From positions 4,653-68,652 of the forward strand of contig JAVCCR010000003.1 of assembly GCA_030765485.1 (NCBI GenBank): a stretch of 64,000 nt of DNA. Reading direction: 5' to 3'. Below are positions 54,253-63,192 of the stretch, one piece after another. The first letter of the stretch is position 1. Each line of letters starts with the position of its first letter. The DNA comes from Candidatus Gygaella obscura (lineage in GTDB: Bacteria; Omnitrophota; Gorgyraeia; Gygaellales; Gygaellaceae). Position numbers and translations under genes: made by a program. The notes under the pieces are model-generated. The model worked only from the letters and a program-made list of their open reading frames with translations, ran no database searches and had not been told where the DNA came from.

Positions 54253-54259
54253 ATTTTCC

Positions 54260-54287
54260 TTGAAAACAGGTTTCAATTTGTTATAAT
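54260..54287 (+). promoter_or_regulatory. Sigma70-type promoter upstream of the lpxL-like gene
   Basis: TTGAAA at 54260-54265, a 16-nt spacer, and TATAAT at 54282-54287. Confidence 0.4.
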
Positions 54288-54307
54288 TCATATAATTTAG
54301 ATCAGAC

Positions 54308-55225
54308 ATGGCACTAAAACATAATTTAAGAGCATTCAGGAGAACTTTAGGGTATATTCTTTTAAAGAGTATATTCTGGGGGATATATTTTATTCCTTTT
54401 AACTGGCTTAAGGCCTTTGCCCGTATTTTAGCAAAATCAGGTTATTTTCTTTTTTCTAAGCATAGAAAACTTGCAATGCGTAGCCTTGACATTGCCTTTG
54501 AAGATAAGATCAATATCCAGGAAAAGAAAAAAATAGTCCAGGATTCCTTCCGCTATATGCTTGAAGGAGCGTTTGAGCTTCTTTATTGCGGAAGGCATTT
54601 AAAGTACGTAAAGCGTTTAGTGAGAGTAAGGGGAATTGAAAATCTTAATAATGCCTTGGCTAAAAAAAGAGGCGTAATAGCTGTAACTGCGCATTTTGGG
54701 AATTTTCCCGTTATGCAGTTTAAGCTTGCTTGCGAAGGTTATGAAATTAATTCCATAATCAGGCGCATGAGAGACCCCTTGGCAAATAAGTTTTTCTTAA
54801 AGAAGCGCAATGAATGGGGTGTTAAGACTATATATAAAGAACCGCGTACAGCCTGTGTTTCTAGCAGCATAAAATCACTAAAGAACAACGAGATACTTTT
54901 TATTCTCCTTGATCAGAATTTTGGCACAGGAGGGGTTTTTGTAAATTTTTTCAATAGAAAAGCCGCCACGGCAACAGGTCCGGTTATACTGGCCCAAAGG
55001 ACCAATGCGGTGATTCTGCCGATGTTTATCGTTCACGACCATACGGGAAAGCATGTTCTTTTGATAGATAAGGAAGTGGAGCTTATCAACACAGCAGATA
55101 AACAGGAAACAATCCAAACTAATACCCAGCGGTTAACGGATATTATTGAAAGCTATATTAGAAAATATCCTGCAGAATGGAGCTGGATCCATAGGCGTTG
55201 GAAGACGCAGCCAGAAAAGGTTTAA
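54308..55225 (+). CDS. Lipid A biosynthesis acyltransferase (LpxL/HtrB family lauroyl/myristoyl transferase)
   Basis: 305 aa with an N-terminal membrane anchor and the LPLAT fold, including the HFGNF version of the HX4D acyltransferase motif (…AVTAHFGNFPVM…). Confidence 0.7.
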   Translation: MALKHNLRAFRRTLGYILLKSIFWGIYFIPFNWLKAFARILAKSGYFLFSKHRKLAMRSLDIAFEDKINIQEKKKIVQDSFRYMLEGAFELLYCGRHLKYVKRLVRVRGIENLNNALAKKRGVIAVTAHFGNFPVMQFKLACEGYEINSIIRRMRDPLANKFFLKKRNEWGVKTIYKEPRTACVSSSIKSLKNNEILFILLDQNFGTGGVFVNFFNRKAATATGPVILAQRTNAVILPMFIVHDHTGKHVLLIDKEVELINTADKQETIQTNTQRLTDIIESYIRKYPAEWSWIHRRWKTQPEKV

Positions 55226-55227
55226 TA

Positions 55228-55410
55228 ATGATAAATTTGGTAGAAAAAATATTTAAACTACGACAAAACCATACTGGTGTACGTACAGAGATTTTTGGCG
55301 GGATGACTACTTTTTTTACCATGAGTTACATAGTTTTTGTTCAGCCTGCGCTGTTGTCTAAATGCGGTATGGATTTTGGTGCAGTTATGGCTGTAACCTG
55401 TATAGCTTAA
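55228..55410 (+). pseudogene. Remnant of a purine (guanine/hypoxanthine) permease gene (AzgA/PbuG-like N-terminal 60 codons only)
   Basis: MINLVEKIFKLRQNHTGVRTEIFGGMTTFFTMSYIVFVQPALLSKCGMDFGAVMAVTCIA closely matches the conserved N-terminus of NCS2/AzgA permeases but stops after about 60 codons, with no continuation in any frame. Confidence 0.5.
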
Positions 55411-55499
55411 GCTGTAGCGATTTTCTTGATGGCCTTTAAAGAAGCGCATTGGCTAATTTATTTATTCACAATTATATTTATAGCGAGGTACATATTATT

Positions 55500-56072
55500 A
55501 TGAAAGACTTAAATCCAGTTTTAGAAAAAGATCAATTGCTAGAGAAGGTTTTATTTAAGACAATAGCTGTTATTGCATTTGTTTTTTTGACAGCAATGGG
55601 TGCTTATATCAGGGTACCGTTATGGTTTACTCCAGTACCATTTACCTTGCAGACACTATTTGTTTTGCTTGGTGCATGTGTATTGGGAAAATATTTAGGT
55701 ACTTTTACTCAAGTTATCTATATTGCCTTGGGTGTTTTGGGTGCGCCGCTATTTACAAAAAGCGGTGCAGGTCTTTATTATTTTTTGGGTCCTACGGCAG
55801 GTTATCTTGCAGGGTTTTTATTGAGCAGTGTTTTTATAGGGGTGTTTTTAAAACCGCAGAAAAGCTTTAGGGAAATATTTTTTATTTTTAGCGCAGCAAG
55901 CCTGTTAATCTTGTTATGCGGAGCAGTGTGGCTGAAGATAATCTTTCGTTTAAATTACCTACAGACTTTTATTTTAGGGGTGATGCCATTTGTTATAGGT
56001 GATGCAATCAAGAGCCTAATAGCCAGCTTATTTTATATGAAGTTTAGATCCAGAATCAGCAGCCTTAATTAA
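55500..56072 (+). CDS. bioY: Biotin transporter BioY
   Basis: About 190 aa from the internal ATG (MKDLNP…), with 5-6 TM helices and the BioY pattern (…VPFTLQTLFVLLGACVLG…GAPLF…GPTAGYLAGF…). The ORF extends upstream to 55449. Confidence 0.75.
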   Translation: MKDLNPVLEKDQLLEKVLFKTIAVIAFVFLTAMGAYIRVPLWFTPVPFTLQTLFVLLGACVLGKYLGTFTQVIYIALGVLGAPLFTKSGAGLYYFLGPTAGYLAGFLLSSVFIGVFLKPQKSFREIFFIFSAASLLILLCGAVWLKIIFRLNYLQTFILGVMPFVIGDAIKSLIASLFYMKFRSRISSLN

Positions 56073-58269
56073 TTTTTTTGCGATTTAGATATAAGAGAGA
56101 ATAGATTTTAATTATTATAACTAGCATTATGCATTTTGGTATACCAATTATCGGTATAAGAAGCGTAGTGGTAAATGCTGCAGCAAAAAACCCTCCTAAT
56201 AGTTCAAAGGCATAAATCGTAGAGATATTACTTTTTGGTTTTATGGTTAGATAAATTTTATTTATAAGAGGGAACTCCCATCCGTGGATAATGCCGATTG
56301 AGCAGGCAATTACATACAGGGACAATTCATTTATCAAAATCTTAGTTTCAAACATTATCAGAATAGCCACTGCAATTAAAATAAATCCAGCTTCTAGCAG
56401 TTTGATTGTTGGGGATTCTTTAATTCTCTCAGCATTTCTGTAACAGTGAAGTGTTCCAAAGGAAAGCCCGGCCATAAAAGAAGTAGTAATGAGGATGATC
56501 TTAGAGTAAACCACCCCGAAGTATACCTGCATTGCGATTATAAGAGATAACACCAGAAGCATCTCAGAAAATGCCGTGCTTATAGCGATATATTCCAAGG
56601 TAAAACCTTTGCGCACTCTTTTAGTTATAAAACCAGAAGAAAGGATTATTACTAATAAAATAAAAATAGCATTAAAGTTAATTTTTTCTATTAATAAACT
56701 AATCGATCTTAACCCAGGGAATGATTTTGTGTTCCAAAGCAGCAGGTTGTCTAATACCAGACGTGGTTTTAGGTCTAAGTTTTTTGTTGTATTGTTTTTT
56801 TTCAAAGAGTGCCAGAACCACTCCTCGCGCGATTTATTTAAAAGTAAATTCAGGTGGCCAGTATCAATAAACGAGGTTTTTATTTCTCTCCTTTTTAACT
56901 TATCAAAAAGATAATCGGCATTAAGGTTAATTTTATAATCCGATGCTAGTATTATATTAGTCAGTCCCGGAACAACTTTTATATATCTAAAGCTATCGAT
57001 TAGTGTATTTAATAGATGAGTGTTTATATTTTTTAGTTCTGGGGAATAGCTTGATTCGCTGCCTTGACAGCTAAGTACCAAAAGAGAGTTTTTGTTGAGG
57101 TTATTTTTTAAAAGGGAGAAAAATTCTTGTGTATAGAAACGATTGATTTGGATGCTTGAAGATACAAGATAATTTATAAAAATAAGATCGTAATTTTGTA
57201 TAGAATTACGCATGTAGGCTCTGGGATCATTGATTTTTATGTTAACTTTTTTGTTTTGGAGTTCTTCTTTTGCGATTTTTTTAAAAGAATCGATTAGCAT
57301 TGGGTCTAATTCTACGTAGTCGATTTTTTCAACGTTATGTTTAAGGATTTCCTTTATGAGGCCGTAGTAATTACCGATGAGCAGAATATGTTTTGGTTGA
57401 TCGTGTTCAAGCAGCGCAAGATGAGAGAAGGTTTCATTAAATCTAGTATTATCGTATGGAATAGTAGCAGTTGGCTGGCCGTTTACAAATACTGTTTTCT
57501 GCTTATCCTTTAATCCCACACATATGTTTGCATATTCAGAGTTTTTATTTTCAGTTATTTCCAAGCCCTGAAAAAGATTAGAAAAAGTGCTTTCCGATAA
57601 ATTATTTATTCCGGATTTGGTTTTTAAGCTGATAACAATGATTGTAATTAAGAAAATAATAGTTAAGACGAATGTGAATCTTTTTTTGCTGCATTTTTGG
57701 TATTTTAAGGTAATTAATACAGCGCTGGTAAGGTTAATTAGTCCCAGGATAACGACTTGTTCGATGACTATTATTTGTGCAAACAGAAAGATAAAAAATA
57801 AAATTGTTCCAAGAATAACCCCAATTGCTTCAAAGGCATAGGCAAGAGAGACACCTTTATATTTTTGGTTTTTCTTTATTGCCAGGCTTGAACCAAGTTT
57901 AAAAATCCATCCGTCAATAATGCAGAAGGGGGCAAGAGCAATTGCGCTTACTATAATTATGCCAATAATTGAAAATGATTCCCCGGGAAGCTTATTGAAG
58001 ATTATACGTGAGTTTCTCAAAAAAACTATAGATAAAGAAGTGATTATGACGATAAGGCTTTGGAATAAAGAAAAAAAGAAATAATTGTTTGATAGTTTTT
58101 TTCTTGCAATTATTCCAGCTCCCAGTGACTGGAAAATTATCCAAGATGAAAAGATGATACCTATAGTAAGTTCATTTCCGGAGAATAGAACTAGAAGTTC
58201 TCTGATAAATATTGTTTGGATTATAACGGCCGTTAGGCCCTTTACTATTAAGGCAATAATTACTGGCAT
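56065..58269 (-). CDS. Polytopic membrane protein with spermidine/spermine-synthase-like (aminopropyltransferase-fold) domain
   Basis: 734 aa with more than 12 TM helices distributed N- and C-terminally, and a central soluble domain with the SpeE-like pattern (…KHILLIGNYYGLIKEILKH..VEKIDYVELDP…). Confidence 0.6.
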   Translation of the reverse strand: MPVIIALIVKGLTAVIIQTIFIRELLVLFSGNELTIGIIFSSWIIFQSLGAGIIARKKLSNNYFFFSLFQSLIVIITSLSIVFLRNSRIIFNKLPGESFSIIGIIIVSAIALAPFCIIDGWIFKLGSSLAIKKNQKYKGVSLAYAFEAIGVILGTILFFIFLFAQIIVIEQVVILGLINLTSAVLITLKYQKCSKKRFTFVLTIIFLITIIVISLKTKSGINNLSESTFSNLFQGLEITENKNSEYANICVGLKDKQKTVFVNGQPTATIPYDNTRFNETFSHLALLEHDQPKHILLIGNYYGLIKEILKHNVEKIDYVELDPMLIDSFKKIAKEELQNKKVNIKINDPRAYMRNSIQNYDLIFINYLVSSSIQINRFYTQEFFSLLKNNLNKNSLLVLSCQGSESSYSPELKNINTHLLNTLIDSFRYIKVVPGLTNIILASDYKINLNADYLFDKLKRREIKTSFIDTGHLNLLLNKSREEWFWHSLKKNNTTKNLDLKPRLVLDNLLLWNTKSFPGLRSISLLIEKINFNAIFILLVIILSSGFITKRVRKGFTLEYIAISTAFSEMLLVLSLIIAMQVYFGVVYSKIILITTSFMAGLSFGTLHCYRNAERIKESPTIKLLEAGFILIAVAILIMFETKILINELSLYVIACSIGIIHGWEFPLINKIYLTIKPKSNISTIYAFELLGGFFAAAFTTTLLIPIIGIPKCIMLVIIIKIYSLLYLNRKKIN

Positions 58270-58270
58270 T

Positions 58271-59011
58271 TTATAATAAGGTCATTGCCTTTACGGCCTC
58301 TAGATGTTTTTGGCTAAGACGATATAGGCCAAGTTTTATCCAGAAGTTGCTGTGATTTTCTTTAGGCGTTGAATCCAGTACCGTTCCTTCTACTGTAAAA
58401 GGCATGGTATGGGTGGGTAGTTTTAAATCCAGACTGATGATTTTGTTTTTTTCAAAAGTCTTGGTAGATTCAAATATGAGAATTGCTTGTGGGTTTTTTG
58501 ATTCAGGAACAGGTGCAGCCTCAATAAGCTCAATATCAGCTATACACCAATAAGGTATGCCGATTATGTTTTCTCCTAGGTTCTGTAGCATGATCAGGTA
58601 TTCTATAAAATTAAATAGTATTTTTTTGGTTTCTTCGTTAATTTCAACGAATTTCGTACCTAGCACATACTCACCGTCTTCTTCTTTTTTCCATATAGCT
58701 TTTACTTTTAGCTGGGTCTTATCATAACCTTTTACGCTGGGTACATATATCTGCATGGATATTTCTTTATCTATATCGATATCTTCTTTGCTGGAGAGCA
58801 GAAAACCGCCTTTACTGATGTTTTTTATTTTGATATGTCTAAATTCGTCTTTCTGGCTGAATCTAGCCAATAACCAGTAGGCTAAACGTTTATCTTTCCG
58901 GCGATCCTGATCTGTATTGGTTTGTTCAATCGATTTCATAGCATATAAATTAGCATAGTTACTTTCTATTAACAAGTAATTTATATAACTTTTCTTAACA
59001 TTTGTTCTCAA
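58271..59011 (-). CDS. PilZ-domain protein (c-di-GMP receptor)
   Basis: 246 aa with an RxxxR motif (RRKDKR) and a D/NxSxxG motif (NISKGG) in the N-terminal half. The stop/start junction with the downstream SpeE-like gene overlaps by 1 nt. Confidence 0.6.
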   Translation of the reverse strand: MRTNVKKSYINYLLIESNYANLYAMKSIEQTNTDQDRRKDKRLAYWLLARFSQKDEFRHIKIKNISKGGFLLSSKEDIDIDKEISMQIYVPSVKGYDKTQLKVKAIWKKEEDGEYVLGTKFVEINEETKKILFNFIEYLIMLQNLGENIIGIPYWCIADIELIEAAPVPESKNPQAILIFESTKTFEKNKIISLDLKLPTHTMPFTVEGTVLDSTPKENHSNFWIKLGLYRLSQKHLEAVKAMTLL

Positions 59012-59154
59012 GAGGCGCTAGAAACAGCTTTTATATCGAGATTGACAATAAAAATGCTTTGTGTTATAAATAAGCATATTCAAATTCAAAAAATGCATTT
59101 AATTACATGATTGAACCGAAGTAGTATCGTGTTTAATCTTTTTGGATAACAGAG

Positions 59155-60090
59155 ATGATTAATCCTATAAGAGTTTTTAAGCCCAGAATCGGCCTTGCGC
59201 TTGGAGGCGGAGGAGTAAGGGCATTTGCTCATATTGGTATACTAAAGGTATTGGAGGAAAATAAAGTTCCAATACATGCGCTTAGTGGTATCAGTATGGG
59301 TTCTATAATCGCAGCTATCTACGCATTAGGAATTCCGATTGATAAAATCGAGAAGAAGCTTTTGGATATTGCTGGGAGTAAAGCTATCTTGAGTCTGGAG
59401 AAGTTTTCTACAAGTTCAGAGATAGATGAAAAAAAACTAGTATTCCAGAAATTTGTTCGGATATTGAAGAATCTTTATCTTTGGAATGTGAGAGGTGCCA
59501 GGAAATGGCTGGTTAGGTTTGACAAAATTCTTCCTTTTGTGGAAAGCCTTATTGGGAATAAAACTTTTGCCGATACGAAGATTCCTTTTTACTGTGTTGC
59601 ATGTGACTTGGCTACGGGCGAAGAAGTTATTATCAATAAAGGCAAACTTATTGATGCAGTATTGGCGTCTTCTGCGCTTCCAGGAGTTTTTCCTCCGGTA
59701 AAGCTTGAAGGAAAGCTTTTAGTTGATGCGGGCATATTAGGTTCTATTCCTACGTGGGTGTTTGACAGAAAAGATGTGGATTTTGTTCTTGCTGCTAACG
59801 TGGGAGGCAATATTTACCATAAGGAATTTAATACAGGGTTGGATATATTATTCCAGGCAGATCTTATAACAAGCCACAAGCTGGATCAAGAAGTATTAAG
59901 ATATGCTGATTTTGTTATTGATCCGGCTGTACATGATGTGTTGTGGAGTGAGTTTTCTCAGGCAGGTTTTTGTATTGAACAGGGTAAGCTTGCTACTAAA
60001 CAGAATATGAGGTTTTTGAAAAAGACAATAAGAGGAAAATATATAAATCCGTTTTTTAATTCAAAGAAAAAAGTAGAGAAGTATACATAG
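59155..60090 (+). CDS. Patatin-like phospholipase
   Basis: Oxyanion-hole GGGGVRAF, a GxSxG nucleophile motif (GISMGS) and a DAG (VDAGIL) catalytic dyad motif. Confidence 0.8.
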   Translation: MINPIRVFKPRIGLALGGGGVRAFAHIGILKVLEENKVPIHALSGISMGSIIAAIYALGIPIDKIEKKLLDIAGSKAILSLEKFSTSSEIDEKKLVFQKFVRILKNLYLWNVRGARKWLVRFDKILPFVESLIGNKTFADTKIPFYCVACDLATGEEVIINKGKLIDAVLASSALPGVFPPVKLEGKLLVDAGILGSIPTWVFDRKDVDFVLAANVGGNIYHKEFNTGLDILFQADLITSHKLDQEVLRYADFVIDPAVHDVLWSEFSQAGFCIEQGKLATKQNMRFLKKTIRGKYINPFFNSKKKVEKYT

Positions 60091-60108
60091 TAAAGATAAG
60101 GAGAAGAT

Positions 60109-60195
60109 ATGAGTAAGCGTAAACGTAGAGCAAGGCTTTCTTGGAGAACAAAGAAGGCAAACCATGGAAAAAAGCCCTGTATGGGTAAAAATTAA
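60109..60195 (+). CDS. 28-codon highly basic small ORF with strong Shine-Dalgarno
   Basis: AAGGAG sits 7 nt upstream of the ATG. The product is MSKRKRRARLSWRTKKANHGKKPCMGKN. It lies in a 127-nt gap between the patatin gene and hldD. Confidence 0.25.
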   Translation: MSKRKRRARLSWRTKKANHGKKPCMGKN

Positions 60196-60217
60196 TTTTT
60201 AATCGGAAAGTAAATTT

Positions 60218-61129
60218 ATGAAAGCTTTAGTTACGGGAGGTGCTGGTTTTGTCGGTGCCAATATATGCGAACATCTTTTAGAACAGGGTATTAAGGTTGT
60301 CTGTCTAGATGATTTTCTGAAAGGAAGTGAAGAGAACATTCATGGCATGGATTTAGAACTGGTAAAGGGAAGTGTTGTCGATGAGGGTTTAATAAGAAGC
60401 CTTAAGGGCAAGGGGATTGATGTGATATTCCACGAGGCAGCAATTACTGATACTACTGTTATTGATGATGACTTAATGCTTAGAGTCAACGTGGAAGGAT
60501 TTAAATACGTTCTTGACTTGGCAAGAAATGAGAATTCTTCAGTTGTTTATGCATCTTCCGCGGCTGTTTATGGAGATTGTGCAGTTGCGATGAAGGAGAA
60601 TCAAAAGCCTAATCCGTTAAATATATATGGGGTTTCCAAGCTTAAAATGGATGAGATTTCACCTGTTTTTACTAAAGAGACCGGATTAAATGTTGTGGGT
60701 CTTCGTTATTTTAATGTTTACGGGCCAAAAGAAGACTTTAAGGCAAATGCAATGAGTATGATCCGTCAACTTGCCAACCAGATGTTAAAAGGTAATCCCC
60801 CCCGTATTTTTAAATGGGGAGAACAGGAAAGAGACTTTGTTTATGTAAAAGATGTTGTATTAGCGAATATAAAGGCATTTGAGGCAAAAACAAGCTGTAT
60901 TGTAAATGTAGGAACAGGAGTAAGAACAAATTTTAATCGCGTAATTGATATTTTAAACGATAACTTGAATATGGATTTTAAACCAGAATATTTCGATAAT
61001 CCCTACAGTTTTTATCAGAATCACACACAGGCTGATCTTGCACTGGCGCAAAGCTCTATAGACTTTAAGGCTGGTTTTTCCATTGAAGAAGGAATTAAGG
61101 ATTATATTTTGAAGCTTAAGAAGGTTTAA
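60218..61129 (+). CDS. hldD: ADP-L-glycero-D-manno-heptose 6-epimerase (SDR/NAD-epimerase family)
   Basis: 303 aa with GGAGFVG NAD-binding, ASSAAVYG, YGVSK, and RYFNVYGP.E..K..MASV-like regions closely paralleling E. coli HldD. Confidence 0.75.
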   Translation: MKALVTGGAGFVGANICEHLLEQGIKVVCLDDFLKGSEENIHGMDLELVKGSVVDEGLIRSLKGKGIDVIFHEAAITDTTVIDDDLMLRVNVEGFKYVLDLARNENSSVVYASSAAVYGDCAVAMKENQKPNPLNIYGVSKLKMDEISPVFTKETGLNVVGLRYFNVYGPKEDFKANAMSMIRQLANQMLKGNPPRIFKWGEQERDFVYVKDVVLANIKAFEAKTSCIVNVGTGVRTNFNRVIDILNDNLNMDFKPEYFDNPYSFYQNHTQADLALAQSSIDFKAGFSIEEGIKDYILKLKKV

Positions 61130-61146
61130 GTTCTCCACGGTTTAAA

Positions 61147-63186
61147 ATGCAGAAAATCGACTATAAGAATCAACTAAACGAAAAACAGTTTGAGGCTGTT
61201 ACTTCCTCTGATGGCGCATATCTGGTTATTGCCGGTGCGGGTTCCGGTAAGACACGCACCTTAGTCTATCGAGTGGCTTATCTAGTAGAAAAAGGTGTTG
61301 CTCCGGAACGGATTTTGCTGCTCACCTTTACACGCAGGGCTGCAGAGCAGATGCTTAGACGCGCCTCAGGGCTTTTGGATAATAGGTGCCAGCATGTTTC
61401 AGGAGGCACGTTTCATTCCTTTGCCAATTTTGTGCTGCGTAAATACGCGAAACTACTTGGGTTGGCCAATAACTATACAATTCTTGATGAGTCAGATGCC
61501 GAAGATGTTATCAATCTTTTAAGAACGCAGTTGGAGCTGAATAAGCAGGACAAACGTTTTCCTAGGAAAAAGGCGATTCTGGATATGATCTCTAAAAGTA
61601 TCAACAAGGTTGAACCTTTAAAAAAAGTAATTTACGATGAATACCCACAATTTTTAGAATGGGAAGATCAGATCAGTAAGATAAAACAGCTGTATAAAAA
61701 ATACAAATTTGAAAAATCCCTCCTTGATTACGATGACCTCTTAGTTTTTTTGAAAAAGCTTCTTATTGATTTTGAAGACGTAAGAGCCTCTCTAAGTAAT
61801 AAATACAAGTATATAATGGTTGATGAATATCAGGATACGAATAAACTTCAGGCTTTGATTGTCTCCCTTTTAGCCAGCATTCATAAAAACATTATGGTAG
61901 TAGGAGACGATTCACAGAGTATATATTCTTTTAGGGGAGCGAATTTTAAAAATATTATGGATTTTCCCAAGATTTTTCCTGATACAAAGGTTATAAGCTT
62001 AGAAGAAAATTACCGTTCAACCCAAACGATACTAAATCTTACCAATAATATTATCAGTATGGCTGAAGAAAGATTTAAGAAATTTCTATATACTAAAAAA
62101 GAAGGAGGAGCTTTACCTATATATGTAGATGCTGCGGATGAAAGTGCTCAGTCAAAATATATTGTTGATAAGATACTTGAGTTTCGAGAGCAGAATATCG
62201 AACTTTCCGATATGGCTGTATTATTTCGTTCTGGATGGCACTCCAATGATTTAGAGGTAGAACTTGCCAGTAGAAACATTCCTTTTATTAAATATGGAGG
62301 CAGGAAATTCGTTGAGGCCGCTCATATCAAAGATATACTTTCATATTTAAGGATAGTGCATAACGTAAAAGATGAAGTTAGTTGGCATAGATTGCTTTTA
62401 TTGTGTAAAGGCATTGGCCCTAAGTCCGCTGTTAAAATCATCAATGAGGTAGTAAAAAAAGATAATTATAGTAATATCGCTGTCAAACTGCTTGAAAAAA
62501 TAGACATAGCTAAGCTTTTTGAATTATTAACTGACATTAAAGATAAGGGTTATAGTTTGCTTGAACTTTTGGATTTGTTTTTAAAGTATTACCAGCCCCT
62601 TTTTAGGCAAAGGTATGATGATTTTAATAAACGTGTTAATGATCTGGATTCATTAAGGCGGATTGCTGCAAGGTACGAGTCTTTAGAGAAATTTTTAGCG
62701 GATATGGCCTTAGAGCCTCCTGAGCGTAGTATTGTTGAGAGAGCTTTAAAAAATAATGATGATTCAACACTTACGCTTTCTACGATTCATTCAGCCAAGG
62801 GCCTGGAATGGCATACGGTATTTATTATCTATGTAGCAGAAGGATATTTACCTAGCTATTTATCTTTGGATAATGATGATGCAATAGAAGAGGAACGTAG
62901 ACTTCTTTATGTTGCTTCAACCAGGGCCAAGGAAAACCTTTTTTTGATAAAACCTCAGATTGACCGCTCTCCGCAGAGTTTTTTTATGGAGGGTAAGACT
63001 GTGTTTACGCAGATATCACGTTTTATAGACACACCTAAAATATTTAAGGATTTGCTTGATTGCGAACCAGGCGTTGATTCTAAAGAAGAGGATAAAGAAT
63101 TTGCTTATGAGCTTGATTCAAATCAAACAAAGAACGACGATTTTTTCGATAACATTAAAGAGTATTTTAAGGATGATTTTATTTAA
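61147..63186 (+). CDS. UvrD/PcrA/Rep-family superfamily-1 DNA helicase
   Basis: 679 aa with Walker A GAGSGKTRTL, motif II VDEYQDTN, and motifs III-VI (…VGDDSQSIYSFRGA…, …TIHSAKGLEW…, …LLYVASTRAKENLF). Confidence 0.85.
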   Translation: MQKIDYKNQLNEKQFEAVTSSDGAYLVIAGAGSGKTRTLVYRVAYLVEKGVAPERILLLTFTRRAAEQMLRRASGLLDNRCQHVSGGTFHSFANFVLRKYAKLLGLANNYTILDESDAEDVINLLRTQLELNKQDKRFPRKKAILDMISKSINKVEPLKKVIYDEYPQFLEWEDQISKIKQLYKKYKFEKSLLDYDDLLVFLKKLLIDFEDVRASLSNKYKYIMVDEYQDTNKLQALIVSLLASIHKNIMVVGDDSQSIYSFRGANFKNIMDFPKIFPDTKVISLEENYRSTQTILNLTNNIISMAEERFKKFLYTKKEGGALPIYVDAADESAQSKYIVDKILEFREQNIELSDMAVLFRSGWHSNDLEVELASRNIPFIKYGGRKFVEAAHIKDILSYLRIVHNVKDEVSWHRLLLLCKGIGPKSAVKIINEVVKKDNYSNIAVKLLEKIDIAKLFELLTDIKDKGYSLLELLDLFLKYYQPLFRQRYDDFNKRVNDLDSLRRIAARYESLEKFLADMALEPPERSIVERALKNNDDSTLTLSTIHSAKGLEWHTVFIIYVAEGYLPSYLSLDNDDAIEEERRLLYVASTRAKENLFLIKPQIDRSPQSFFMEGKTVFTQISRFIDTPKIFKDLLDCEPGVDSKEEDKEFAYELDSNQTKNDDFFDNIKEYFKDDFI

Positions 63187-63192
63187 TAAAAT

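Noticed and set aside
55198-55227. The first 10 codons (MEDAARKGLI) of track ORF 55198-55410 as part of the permease-like peptide.
   Set aside because: This portion overlaps the 3' end of the lpxL-like gene in another frame. Permease homology begins at the Met at 55228, so only 55228-55410 was called.
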